Shown piece after piece: positions 19,097 to 28,675 of a stretch of 64,000 nucleotides of DNA. A program made the translations under genes and the position numbers. The stretch's first letter is position 1, and each line of letters opens with the position of its first letter. This DNA comes from Pseudomonadales bacterium. Lineage in GTDB: Bacteria > Pseudomonadota > Gammaproteobacteria > Pseudomonadales > DC-out160. The notes below the pieces were generated by a model. The model searched no databases and had not been told where the DNA came from. It worked only from the letters and a program-made list of their open reading frames with translations. The stretch is from contig JAHRWA010000074.1 of the NCBI GenBank assembly GCA_019090455.1, positions 93,345 to 157,344 of the forward strand, written 5' to 3'.

Positions 19097-20137
19097 ATGT
19101 CCGTTTACACGCCGCTTTCTCACAATGAAATCTGTTCTTTTTTTGAACCTTTCAAACTCGGATCAGTACTCCATTACGAAGCAACAGAAACGGGTATCGA
19201 AAATACCAATTATTTTCTCACCAGCTCCCAAAAAGAGCACTTCGTACTCACGCTTTTTGAATCGACTACAGATGAGGATTTACCGAGTTTCGTCGAGCTA
19301 ATGGCGCATCTAGAGGGAGCGAACCTACCTATTGCCGCACCTATTGCAGATGCAAACGGCAATAGAATACATAAGATTAAAAACAAACCGGCCATGTTAT
19401 GCCCCCGTTTAGCAGGTAAGCATATCCAAAATCCTTCGCTAATACACTGTGAACAAATTGGCACCGTAATGGCTAATTTACATTTAGCTACGGCCGATTA
19501 TCCAGAGAATTCATTAACAGATTACACCCTGCCCTGGGCACAGCAACAGATACCTTCCTTACTTGCACCTTCAAAACCTAGACCTTCAAAACCAGGACTT
19601 TCAAAACAAGAGCCTTCAAATAAATCCGATTTTTTATCTCAGAGTGACGCGGCGTTACTGCAGGACATATCTCAACGTTGTGATCAGTTTTTAAAAACCT
19701 ACCATGAATTACCTTCTGGTATCATTCATGGGGATCTATTTTATGACAATGCCCTTTTTACCTCATCAAATGGGCAAGATATTCTGTCAGGTGTTATCGA
19801 TTTTTATCAGTCTGGTCCGGGTTTTTTAATTTACGATCTAGCCGTAGCAGCCAATGATTGGTGCCTTGACAACAGTAAATCTGCAGGCGAAATAGTCCTA
19901 GACAGGAACAAAGTAAACGCATTGATAGGAGCTTACGAAAAAAATCGTCCCTTAAATAACATAGAAAAAAAAGCCTGGCCACAAATGCTGGTATTCTCAG
20001 CTTATCGTTTTTGGATTTCACGACTGCTTAATAAATTAAAAGCAGAAAACAATAATAGCGTGTCCAACCACCCAATCAAAAACCCGAATCAATTTAGAAA
20101 TCTGATGCAAAGCAATAGACGTTATTGGACGCTCTGA
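19097..20137 (+). CDS. thrB: Homoserine kinase, type II (phosphotransferase fold)
   Basis: IHGDLFYDNALF and DFYQSG motifs. Adjacent to polA, as in Pseudomonas. Contains an in-frame repeat insertion. Confidence 0.85.
   Translation: MSVYTPLSHNEICSFFEPFKLGSVLHYEATETGIENTNYFLTSSQKEHFVLTLFESTTDEDLPSFVELMAHLEGANLPIAAPIADANGNRIHKIKNKPAMLCPRLAGKHIQNPSLIHCEQIGTVMANLHLATADYPENSLTDYTLPWAQQQIPSLLAPSKPRPSKPGLSKQEPSNKSDFLSQSDAALLQDISQRCDQFLKTYHELPSGIIHGDLFYDNALFTSSNGQDILSGVIDFYQSGPGFLIYDLAVAANDWCLDNSKSAGEIVLDRNKVNALIGAYEKNRPLNNIEKKAWPQMLVFSAYRFWISRLLNKLKAENNNSVSNHPIKNPNQFRNLMQSNRRYWTL
19567..19626 (+). repeat. 4 x 15-bp in-frame tandem repeat inside thrB
   Basis: Units accttcaaaacctag / accttcaaaaccagg / actttcaaaacaaga / gccttcaaataaatc encode PSKPR-PSKPG-LSKQE-PSNKS. 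Confidence 0.9.
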
Positions 20138-20153
20138 TAGGAAATTGATACGG

Positions 20154-21206
20154 CTACGGCCGTTCCCATTCAACGCAGCGAGTCACTTCTTTAATCATAT
20201 CTAACCAATATTTTTCAAAGGTATCCAGTTTTGGATTCACAGCCAAAATATCCACATTTGCTGATTGATATGAAAAATGAGAGAAAATCTTTTTTAGTGT
20301 TTTGTGATTGCTCGTGGAAGTGGTCAGCACACAACTAATATTTTCTTTTTCAACTAATCGCTTTAATTTCATTAGGCGCTTTAAACCCACTCCCGCTTCA
20401 ATATCGGCAACCACCGCTCCAAAATTATTGAGTTTAAGTTCCTTTTCTAAATATTGGAATGCATCGTGATAGGCTAACACTTTTCGGTCTTGCTGATTTT
20501 TAGAGACCCCATTATTAGAGAACCCATTATTAGAGGACAATAGAAGTTGTTCTATAGAATCAAATTGGACTTGCATTTGTTGGCGTTTAATTTTCACTAT
20601 TTCTTCTGGCATTAAATTCCGTTGTATTAAATATCTGGCGACTTCATCAATCAAAATTCGGTTATTCCCGAAATTTAGCCAGAAATGTAAATCGGTATGC
20701 ACCGCATGATGACTGTGGCCATGATTGTGACCATGGTCATGGCCATGATCGTTACTATCATCAGAATGTTGTAACGGTTCAGAACTAGATTGCCACTGAT
20801 TTAAATTACGATACGGTAGGTGATGTATTCCCTGCAAATTAAATGCATCAATCCGTGGCGTCGAAATCTGATGAAACACCTTTACTAAATAGGGTTCTGC
20901 ACTGGGACCTAACCAAATAACGAAATCTGAATTTTTTATTTTTCGTAAGTCTGACAGTTTGAGTTGAAAATCATGGGGACTTAAGCCATCGGGGATTAAC
21001 TGAATGACTTGCGCATGTTCTCCAATAAAAGATTGCATCAATAACTTAATCGGTTTGATGGAAACCACGATAGTCAATGGCGCTTTGTCACTTTTAGCCG
21101 GAAGAGAGGTTGAAAGTAAGCAACCTAGCAATAACAAAATAGTGCGGGCAACTAAAATAATTCGGCCTAATCTAAAACGATAATAATACTTCAAGAAAGT
21201 TCTCAC
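20154..21206 (-). CDS. znuA: Zinc ABC transporter periplasmic binding protein
   Basis: Cluster-9 solute-binding protein with His/Asp-rich loop HSDDSNDHGHDHGHNHGHSHH. Divergent from znuCB. Confidence 0.85.
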   Translation of the reverse strand: MRTFLKYYYRFRLGRIILVARTILLLLGCLLSTSLPAKSDKAPLTIVVSIKPIKLLMQSFIGEHAQVIQLIPDGLSPHDFQLKLSDLRKIKNSDFVIWLGPSAEPYLVKVFHQISTPRIDAFNLQGIHHLPYRNLNQWQSSSEPLQHSDDSNDHGHDHGHNHGHSHHAVHTDLHFWLNFGNNRILIDEVARYLIQRNLMPEEIVKIKRQQMQVQFDSIEQLLLSSNNGFSNNGVSKNQQDRKVLAYHDAFQYLEKELKLNNFGAVVADIEAGVGLKRLMKLKRLVEKENISCVLTTSTSNHKTLKKIFSHFSYQSANVDILAVNPKLDTFEKYWLDMIKEVTRCVEWERP

Positions 21207-21250
21207 CTAACGGTCATTGTGAAAGAAGGGCAAATCGCTGTGATTTTATT

Positions 21251-21307
21251 TTCAGTACCTATCTTTTCCAGTACTACTATTTCCAGCACTCAATTTCCAG
21301 TACTATG
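21251..21307. repeat. About 4 imperfect 14-15-bp tandem repeats (TTTCCAGTACT core) in the znuA/znuC divergent promoter region
   Basis: Cores at 21265-21275, 21280-21290 and 21294-21304, plus a degenerate copy at 21251. The core contains the palindrome AGTACT. Confidence 0.8.
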
Positions 21308-21489
21308 TTCACGCCAATTTTCCATATACTGTGGCGCGAACAGCGCACTATAACTGGAACATACAATCCCGTCACTTATAAACCCGCACCTATGCGTAAT
21401 CAGCATGGGGCATCCTAGCATTGGCTCTCTTTTCTCAATGATCACTTTATCGAAGACCAGGAACCTCTATTGAACACCAGGAAAAAGCG

Positions 21490-22338
21490 ATGCCCTCTGA
21501 CAGCCTAATAAAATTGGAAGGCGTGTCTGTGTATCGTCGCAAACAGCTCATACAGAATATTCAACTCACCATTAATCCGGGCGAAATCATTACCGTCATC
21601 GGTCCCAATGGCGCGGGCAAATCCACACTCGTGCGCGTGGCGGTGGGTCTAGTCAAACCCACTGAGGGTAAACGTATCGTAAAACCCGGCTTAAGAATTG
21701 GCTATATGCCTCAACAAATCCATATTGAACCCACTTTTCCACTCACGGTTTACCGATTCTTACAGCTAGCACATCGCGCTGCCCCCAAAAGCACTCAAGC
21801 CAGCAAACAAAATCAAAGATCTAAGTTAAAGGAACAGTTGTCGGAAGTTGGCGCTGCACATGTCATCGATACACCGCTACAAAACTTATCCGGCGGCGAA
21901 TTACAAAGAGTGATGCTAGCAAGAGCGCTACTACGTCAACCGGAGCTGCTAGTTCTAGATGAGCCGGTTCAAGGGGTGGACATCGCAGGTCAACAGGCTT
22001 TATATCAATTAATTTCACAAATTAGAGGACGCTATGGTTGTGGGATATTAATGGTCTCCCACGATTTACATTTAGTCATGGCTGCCACTGACCATGTGGT
22101 CTGCTTAAATCAGCACATCTGCTGCTCCGGTCACCCAGAAGCCGTCACCAACGATCCCGCTTATTTGGAGTTATTTGGCTCCAATGAAAACCTAAATCTC
22201 GCACTTTATACCCACAATCATGATCATCATCATCATCTCGATGGACACGTCATCTCTGAGGGCAAGCAGGATATCGATAGGCCAGCGGAGCCCAATGCCA
22301 CCCGAGAGACTAGCGATAAAGGAGGCCAAGACAAATGA
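21490..22338 (+). CDS. znuC: Zinc ABC transporter ATPase with His-rich C-terminal extension
   Basis: Walker [10 protein letters not shown], signature LSGGELQR, Walker B LLVLDEP. Tail contains [13 protein letters not shown]. Confidence 0.9.
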   Translation: MPSDSLIKLEGVSVYRRKQLIQNIQLTINPGEIITVIGPNGAGKSTLVRVAVGLVKPTEGKRIVKPGLRIGYMPQQIHIEPTFPLTVYRFLQLAHRAAPKSTQASKQNQRSKLKEQLSEVGAAHVIDTPLQNLSGGELQRVMLARALLRQPELLVLDEPVQGVDIAGQQALYQLISQIRGRYGCGILMVSHDLHLVMAATDHVVCLNQHICCSGHPEAVTNDPAYLELFGSNENLNLALYTHNHDHHHHLDGHVISEGKQDIDRPAEPNATRETSDKGGQDK

Positions 22339-23135
22339 TAGAGCTACTGTTACCTGCATTGTTAGGCGGACTTGGAGTGTCGTTGATTGCCGGTCCACTA
22401 GGTTGCTTCGTCGTGTGGCGCCGCATGGCTTACTTTGGCGACACGTTATCCCATTCCGCCCTGCTTGGCGTTTCCCTGGGTTTTTTATTTAATATCAATA
22501 TTACTATCGCGGTTAGCTTTCTTTGCGTCAGCGTCGCCTTGAGTTTGGTTTTCTTACAACGACAACGGTTTATTGCCAGCGATACGCTCTTGGGTATATT
22601 GGCTCATAGCGCACTGGCTTTAGGATTAATCGTGGTCAGCCTACTGGATACTGTCAGAATTAATTTGATGGCCTATCTGTTCGGTGACCTACTGAGTATT
22701 GGCTACAGCGATCTCATATGGATATACAGTGGTGGCTTAGCGGTGCTTCTTTTATTGGCGCGATACTGGGAGCCACTAGTCTCCATCACCATTAATGAAG
22801 AATTAGCACAAGTCGAAGGAATCCCCACTACCCGAATGCGCATACTACTGATGTTGATGATTGCCGTGGTGATTGCGGTGGCTATGAAGATAGTCGGTAT
22901 CTTGCTGATCACCGCCATGCTAATTATCCCTGCTGCGACTGCTAGGCGCTTAGCTAAAACACCCGAGCAAATGGCGGCATTAGCCAGTATTTTTGGCTGC
23001 ATTTCTGTGGTAATTGGGATCCTGTCCTCAGCATTATTAGATACTCCGGTTGGACCTTCAGTCGTCGTAGGAAGTGCTATGCTTTTCTTATTAAGCAATC
23101 TATTTTTTGGAATAATCAGGCTTTGGCAGAGTTGA
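22335..23135 (+). CDS. znuB: Zinc ABC transporter permease
   Basis: 266-aa polytopic ABC-3 family membrane protein. ATGA overlap with znuC. Confidence 0.9.
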   Translation: MIELLLPALLGGLGVSLIAGPLGCFVVWRRMAYFGDTLSHSALLGVSLGFLFNINITIAVSFLCVSVALSLVFLQRQRFIASDTLLGILAHSALALGLIVVSLLDTVRINLMAYLFGDLLSIGYSDLIWIYSGGLAVLLLLARYWEPLVSITINEELAQVEGIPTTRMRILLMLMIAVVIAVAMKIVGILLITAMLIIPAATARRLAKTPEQMAALASIFGCISVVIGILSSALLDTPVGPSVVVGSAMLFLLSNLFFGIIRLWQS

Positions 23136-23149
23136 TAAGGAATGTTCAC

Positions 23150-24025
23150 ATGGGTCCAGACTTCTTTTGGACACGATTCACTCTTAATCTAAAATACTCA
23201 AAACAGTTTGCGATATTATCTGCAATATCATTTTGCCTATTATTCTTAACCAACTGTCAAAGCATTCAAACTCCCACATCCAATGCGGGTCAAATAAAAC
23301 AGCAGTTAGATCAAAACAACATTAATGTTCTTTACCAGCAAATCGACGAAGATATAGAAGCCTATAGGCTACGCAGCCCTGCCGACAATAACGCACTAGC
23401 CAAACTCTCTGCTATTCAAGAGTTAGATCCCGATAATAGTCAGTTAATTCCATATAAAGATAAGATAGCAAACCGCTATCTTCATTTAGCAGAAGCCGCA
23501 GCCAATAGACAAAAATGGGAGAAAGCAAAACGCTATCTCGATCATGCTCGAGATATCAACAAGGATTTGTCCGCTATTAATTCACTCCAGGCCGTTATTA
23601 CCACTGCACAAGCTGAAGAAAATATAAAAGTACAGATTACAAAACTCAGTAATACTCCAGGAAACCGAAACAACGCCTCTAAAACAATCGCGACTACGCA
23701 TAAACAATCCAGTCTCGCGATGGCAACAACAAACCAAACTAAAGTTAAACAAAGCCCGCCCAGAGAACTAATAGTAAAATTAAACCAGCAACAAATTAAT
23801 GCACGCTCTACTTTTGTCAGTTTAAGTCTAGATGGGGCAAGCCAACAAATCATCGATAAGAATGCCACCGTCATTATATTCACCCAATCTCAACGTGACT
23901 ACAGATGGCTAAGCGCACTTTTGAAAACGTCGGTTTACCTCATTGATTCTGATTTTGAAATACAATCTAAGTCTCGAATTCAAAAGTCATCTCCGCCCAG
24001 ATTAGTCATTAGACCTCGTCGTTAA
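23150..24025 (+). CDS. Hypothetical secreted protein or lipoprotein
   Basis: The ORF is open from TTG 23123, but ATG 23150 has an AAGGA RBS. Signal-like segment FAILSAISFCLLFLTNC. No other motif. Confidence 0.5.
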   Translation: MGPDFFWTRFTLNLKYSKQFAILSAISFCLLFLTNCQSIQTPTSNAGQIKQQLDQNNINVLYQQIDEDIEAYRLRSPADNNALAKLSAIQELDPDNSQLIPYKDKIANRYLHLAEAAANRQKWEKAKRYLDHARDINKDLSAINSLQAVITTAQAEENIKVQITKLSNTPGNRNNASKTIATTHKQSSLAMATTNQTKVKQSPPRELIVKLNQQQINARSTFVSLSLDGASQQIIDKNATVIIFTQSQRDYRWLSALLKTSVYLIDSDFEIQSKSRIQKSSPPRLVIRPRR

Positions 24026-24059
24026 ATTTATTTTCTTTAATATTATTGAAAATAAATTT
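24024..24059 (+). terminator. AT-only 12-bp inverted repeat (terminator-like)
   Basis: AAATTTATTTTC-12 nt-GAAAATAAATTT overlapping the stop codon at 24023-24025. Weak thermodynamically. Confidence 0.35.
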
Positions 24060-24528
24060 TAAGAAAATTCGAAAAGTGTTTTCGTTAGCTTTTTTATCGT
24101 AAGAATAAATGTCATTTTTCCGGGACTTTTATTTGATATGTACTAGACTTCCCCTCTTTTGCTAAATTTTAGGTGTCTGTATCATTTACGTTCAAGCAAT
24201 TAATTTCCCTCTAAGCACCTAAATTTACTAGGATTTTTTCTGCACCTTTTTCTGCTTAGAACGAACAACAAATCACCTAAAAGTTACCCCCAAGTTATCA
24301 ATAGCTTATACCACTTTGTCCACAGCTTATCCCATAGAACATTTCTGTTTTATCCCCTATGTCAGTTATAAATAATCCGTCTTGAGCGTCTCTTGTAATA
24401 CGGCAGAAAACAGATAGTTTTAATCTCGCTGACACAACATGCTTTCAAAGTGAGTAAGCACACTCACTCACAAGGCCACACCAACCACTCAGACTTCTCG
24501 TTTTGACAAGTCACAATAGGACACAGGA

Positions 24529-25341
24529 ATGGATTTAAGTTTTAGTACGGACCAACCCAGCAAGGCACACAACAAGTCATCCCTTAATTTATCCAACAAG
24601 TTATCTAACAGGTCATCCAACATTGCACGCTACCCGACTCACAACCATACAGTCCAAACTCCTTCGCTCGAAATGCCTGAGCAACAGTGCAATCTTTTGC
24701 ATGACGTCAACTGTATCAGCAGCATCATAATGACCGCTAAAAAACGGGAATTACAAACCTTATCATTGAAGACTTTGCTTTCTAATACTGTCGTGAATTT
24801 ACACCCCAGTATTGTACTACCTGAACAAGAAACCGAAAATTCCCTCTCGGATTTTGTTTACGCTTACATAGAACATGTACCTCATTTTTTCGAGGTTATG
24901 ATTACCACAGCATTTGAATCCGGACTCGATACTCTACTAGTCCCTCCACTAAAGGCCGCTATCGATTTCTTCATAACACCTTCGACGCTCGACTATGAAG
25001 CTCGCGGCTTGGATGAATTGTTAAGCGCGGCATTTTTCGCTCAGCGAGTTTTTGAGGAGTTGAATGATTACTACCAACTGAATACGGGAACCGCCGTAGT
25101 CTACGTCGAGATGACCACAGCTAACCTTATCATTCATAATATCATTGGAGAGAAATTTGCGAATGAATTGGAAGTAGAAGTTCAAAAAGCGACTCAGAAA
25201 CTATTGTCCCCTAACCCCCTTGTTGACTCTGAAACCTTTCAACAACATCTTATTGAAAAAGATGAACACTGGGATGGTGTCTGGCAGCATTGGTCAGACT
25301 TGTTCGCGGTGAAGAACCTCAAACTCGATCTTAACAAATAG
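24529..25341 (+). CDS. Hypothetical protein (orphan)
   Basis: 270 aa with an S/N-rich N-terminus and no recognisable motif. Preceded by a 500-bp AT-rich non-coding region. Confidence 0.5.
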   Translation: MDLSFSTDQPSKAHNKSSLNLSNKLSNRSSNIARYPTHNHTVQTPSLEMPEQQCNLLHDVNCISSIIMTAKKRELQTLSLKTLLSNTVVNLHPSIVLPEQETENSLSDFVYAYIEHVPHFFEVMITTAFESGLDTLLVPPLKAAIDFFITPSTLDYEARGLDELLSAAFFAQRVFEELNDYYQLNTGTAVVYVEMTTANLIIHNIIGEKFANELEVEVQKATQKLLSPNPLVDSETFQQHLIEKDEHWDGVWQHWSDLFAVKNLKLDLNK

Positions 25342-25386
25342 TCTCACGCCATAAAATAAAAGTGTTTTGATAATAAACGGAAGATA

Positions 25387-25434
25387 GGTGTGGGAAAACA
25401 AGGAATGTTACCCACACCGATTTTAATTTTTTTT
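25387..25434. terminator. Hairpin terminator between convergent genes
   Basis: GGTGTGGG-16 nt-CCCACACC followed by ttttaatttttttt on the + strand. The yheV stop lies inside the T-tract. Confidence 0.65.
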
Positions 25435-25635
25435 AGGTTGAACCAATTGAACAGGAGATACATCAGGATCGGTTATCTCGAATTCCGAATCAGAACGCGT
25501 ATAACCACAAGCCACACAGATATAAGAACATTGAGTCTCACCCTGCTCCGACTCTTTAATCAATTGTATTTTGTCCATCGCTTGGCATTGAGTACAAACC
25601 GCACCAGCGATAAATTGTTTTTTTATTTCGACCAT
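25423..25635 (-). CDS. yheV: YheV-family zinc-ribbon protein
   Basis: 70 aa. KQFIAGAVCTQCQAMD...CVACGY matches the E. coli YheV pattern KRFIAGAKCPACQAQD...C..CG. Two CxxC pairs. Confidence 0.7.
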   Translation of the reverse strand: MVEIKKQFIAGAVCTQCQAMDKIQLIKESEQGETQCSYICVACGYTRSDSEFEITDPDVSPVQLVQPKKN

Positions 25636-25658
25636 TACACACTCTCAATCACACAACG

Positions 25659-27749
25659 CTAAACAGACACCATAATACCGGAGTGACGTAGAAGCGCATC
25701 TATAGAAGGCTCCCGGCCTCTAAAGGATTTAAATAGATCCACAGGTTCTTGGGCTCCACCTTGCTCTAAAATTTTCTCTTTAAATGCATAGCCACTGGTC
25801 TTATCAAAAATGCCCGTTTCTTCAAACAAGGAAAACGCATCCGCAGACAAAACCTCAGCCCATTTGTAGCTGTAATATCCTGCGGCATAGCCACCGCCAA
25901 AAATATGTGAAAAGCCGTTCTGAAATCGATTAAATTCAGGAGGCGTGATAACAGCCACCTTCTCACGAACTGTATTTAACACACCTTGGATATCAATTTT
26001 TTGATCCACTTCCACATTGGCTGCTTGAATATGTAATCGCATATCGAACAGTGAAAACTCCAATTGCCGCGCCATCATCATTGCAGATTGATAATTTTTA
26101 GCGGCTAGCATTTTATCTAATAATGCAGAAGGTAGAGATTCTCCTGTTTGGTAGTGACAGGAAATTAAGTCTATCGCTTCTTTCTGCCAGCACCAATTTT
26201 CCATAAATTGGGAAGGCAGCTCTACCGCATCCCAAGCAACACCATTGATTCCTGACACAGACGGATAGACGATTTTAGTTAACATATGATGCAGACCATG
26301 ACCAAATTCATGGAACAACGTCGTCACCTCATTGTGGGTTAACAGTGCAGGATCGTCTCCCACGGGAGAGGTAAAATTACACGTAAGGTATGCCACGGGA
26401 ATCTGTAACTGTCCCTCTTTATTTAAATGGCGAACTTTGCATTCATCCATCCATGCACCACCGCGTTTGTTTTCTCTTGCGTATAGGTCTAAATAAAAAC
26501 CCGCAATGACATTTTTATTTTTATCCAGTAATTCGAAATAACCAGCGTCCTCGTGCCAGACATTAGCCGTTATATTTTCTTGGAAATGGATATCGTAAAG
26601 CCGGCCAACCACTTCAAACATACCCGACACCACATGAGGCGCGGGGAAATAGGGCCTCAGCTCTTCCTGAGAAACCGCATACTTTTCTTGTTTTAGCTTT
26701 TCAGCGTAATAAGAAATATCCCAAGCTTGTAGATCCGCGATGGATGCAATCTTACCTGTCTGGTTGTTGGCATACTCTCTTAATTCGTCATATTCTTTTT
26801 GGGCTTGTATGGCAGATTTATCAGCGAGATCTTCTAGGAATTCCAATACTTGATCTGATGATTCAGCCATCTTTGTCGCTAGTGAATATTCAGCGTAGCT
26901 CGAAAAATTCAATAACTTGGCTAACTCATCACGCAAACGCAGTATCTCTTGCATGATGTCGCCGTTATCCCATTGACCTTTATTGGGCCCAACCTCGGAA
27001 GCACGCGTCACGAATGCTTGATAAATTTCTTTCCGCAATTCTCGCGAATCGGCATAGGTAATGACGGCAAAATAACTGGGGAAATCCAGAGTAAAACGAT
27101 AGCCTTCCAGCTCTTTCTGCTTAGCTGCATTTTGTGCAGAGATTAGCGCTGAACTCGGTAACCCTGCTAATTCCATTTTATCGGTTACCAACTTGCTCCA
27201 AGCTTGTGTGGCATCCAGTACGTTTTCTGAAAATTGGCTGCTTAATTCCGATAGGCGTTTTTTAATCTCACCGTAGCGTTGTTTTTTTTCTGACGGGAGA
27301 TCAATACCGGAAAGGTGAAAGTCTCGAAGTTGATTATCAATGACTTTTTTCTGTGCGGTATCAAAACCTTGATAGGCATCACTCTGACTAATGTCGCTAA
27401 CCGCTTTGTATAACTTTTCGTTTTGTCCCATCTCCGTGCTGTATTCTGCTAATAGTGGTAAGCAAGTATTGTATGCATCTCGTAATTCACTATTATTCAT
27501 TACCGCATTGAGATGCCCTACGGGAGACCAAATTTCACTGAGCCTCGTATCTAAATGTGCCATCGGTTCTATCAGGTTTGACCAACTCGCGGATTGTTGA
27601 TCTGCCTGCGCACCGTCTAATGCCGAGAGTAACTGTTGAATTTGTTTTTTATTTTCATCGATAATCGCGGTAACAGCTGGAACTACCTCAGCCGGTTTCA
27701 TCGCACTAAACTCCGGCAGACCATTCATCTTCAATAGTGAGTTGCTCAT
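25659..27749 (-). CDS. prlC: Oligopeptidase A (M3 metallopeptidase)
   Basis: 696 aa with zinc motif HEFGHGLHH. Confidence 0.93.
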   Translation of the reverse strand: MSNSLLKMNGLPEFSAMKPAEVVPAVTAIIDENKKQIQQLLSALDGAQADQQSASWSNLIEPMAHLDTRLSEIWSPVGHLNAVMNNSELRDAYNTCLPLLAEYSTEMGQNEKLYKAVSDISQSDAYQGFDTAQKKVIDNQLRDFHLSGIDLPSEKKQRYGEIKKRLSELSSQFSENVLDATQAWSKLVTDKMELAGLPSSALISAQNAAKQKELEGYRFTLDFPSYFAVITYADSRELRKEIYQAFVTRASEVGPNKGQWDNGDIMQEILRLRDELAKLLNFSSYAEYSLATKMAESSDQVLEFLEDLADKSAIQAQKEYDELREYANNQTGKIASIADLQAWDISYYAEKLKQEKYAVSQEELRPYFPAPHVVSGMFEVVGRLYDIHFQENITANVWHEDAGYFELLDKNKNVIAGFYLDLYARENKRGGAWMDECKVRHLNKEGQLQIPVAYLTCNFTSPVGDDPALLTHNEVTTLFHEFGHGLHHMLTKIVYPSVSGINGVAWDAVELPSQFMENWCWQKEAIDLISCHYQTGESLPSALLDKMLAAKNYQSAMMMARQLEFSLFDMRLHIQAANVEVDQKIDIQGVLNTVREKVAVITPPEFNRFQNGFSHIFGGGYAAGYYSYKWAEVLSADAFSLFEETGIFDKTSGYAFKEKILEQGGAQEPVDLFKSFRGREPSIDALLRHSGIMVSV

Positions 27750-27779
27750 TTCTGCATTCCTTTTTTGACTTTGTTCTTT

Positions 27780-28613
27780 CTATTTCTGAAACTGACCTAT
27801 GACAGGTGCGGTATCAGGCCTAACACCGCGCCAGACATAAAAAGCCTCAGCAGCTTGTTCGATTAACATACCTAAACCATCAATACATTTTTCTACCCCC
27901 AAATCCGTTGCCCAACGATTAAAGGGGGTTAATGTCTGGCTGTACATCATGTCGTAACACCAGGTTTTAGCAGAGAGAACAGACTCGGGTATAGGTGGCA
28001 ACTCGCCCGCCAAACTCGCTGCAGTCCCATTAATAATAAGATCAAATGGCGCACCTTGCAGCTGTTGAAAGCCAGTAGTCTCTATATTGCCCCTAGCTTG
28101 AAACTTCTCAGCCAATGCAACCGCCTTGGACTCAGTACGATTTGCAATAACAAGTAACTCAGGATGCTCGGCTAAGAGTGGACCTAATACACCTCGAACA
28201 GCGCCACCCGCCCCGAGCACCAGAATTCGTTGATCCTTTATTTTTCCACCATGGTTTTTCAAGATATCGGTCACCAGTCCGATGCCGTCCGTATTGTCAC
28301 CCAAGATCGAACCATCCGATTGCTTTTTGAGGGTGTTAACTGCCCCAGCAAACTGGGCACGCTCAGTTAAAACATTAGCGTAGGCAAAGGCTTGCTCTTT
28401 AAAGGGGACTGTAATGTTACAGCCCATACCGGTTAGAAAAAATTGGTCAGCTACTGAATTAAACTGGTCAATCGGCACCAGACAAGTGACATAGTCCATC
28501 TGCTGCTGAGTTTGCTTGGCAAATGCCATTTGTATGGTGGGTGACTTACTGTGTTCAATGGGATTCCCCATCACCACATATTGATCAACAAGATCGGCTA
28601 CGGCTTTAGACAT
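27780..28613 (-). CDS. aroE: Shikimate dehydrogenase
   Basis: NPIEHSKSP, NITVPFK, GAGGAVRG. The ORF is open to 28667, but the Met at 28613 gives a canonical N-terminus. Confidence 0.9.
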   Translation of the reverse strand: MSKAVADLVDQYVVMGNPIEHSKSPTIQMAFAKQTQQQMDYVTCLVPIDQFNSVADQFFLTGMGCNITVPFKEQAFAYANVLTERAQFAGAVNTLKKQSDGSILGDNTDGIGLVTDILKNHGGKIKDQRILVLGAGGAVRGVLGPLLAEHPELLVIANRTESKAVALAEKFQARGNIETTGFQQLQGAPFDLIINGTAASLAGELPPIPESVLSAKTWCYDMMYSQTLTPFNRWATDLGVEKCIDGLGMLIEQAAEAFYVWRGVRPDTAPVIGQFQK

Positions 28614-28675
28614 CAATTTATTTCTCTTAGTAGTTTTTGCCTTTGACGTTCTTTGTGTTAGTAACATTTTTGATG

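Noticed and set aside
22192-22492. ORFs 22220-22492 (+) and 22192-22398 (-) at the znuC/znuB junction
   Set aside because: They overlap the well-supported znuC tail and znuB start. The (cat)n/(atg)n His-codon tract generates spurious open frames.
25390-25662. 90-aa plus-strand ORF opposite yheV
   Set aside because: The minus-strand product matches the YheV zinc-ribbon pattern, and the plus-strand ORF starts inside a terminator hairpin.
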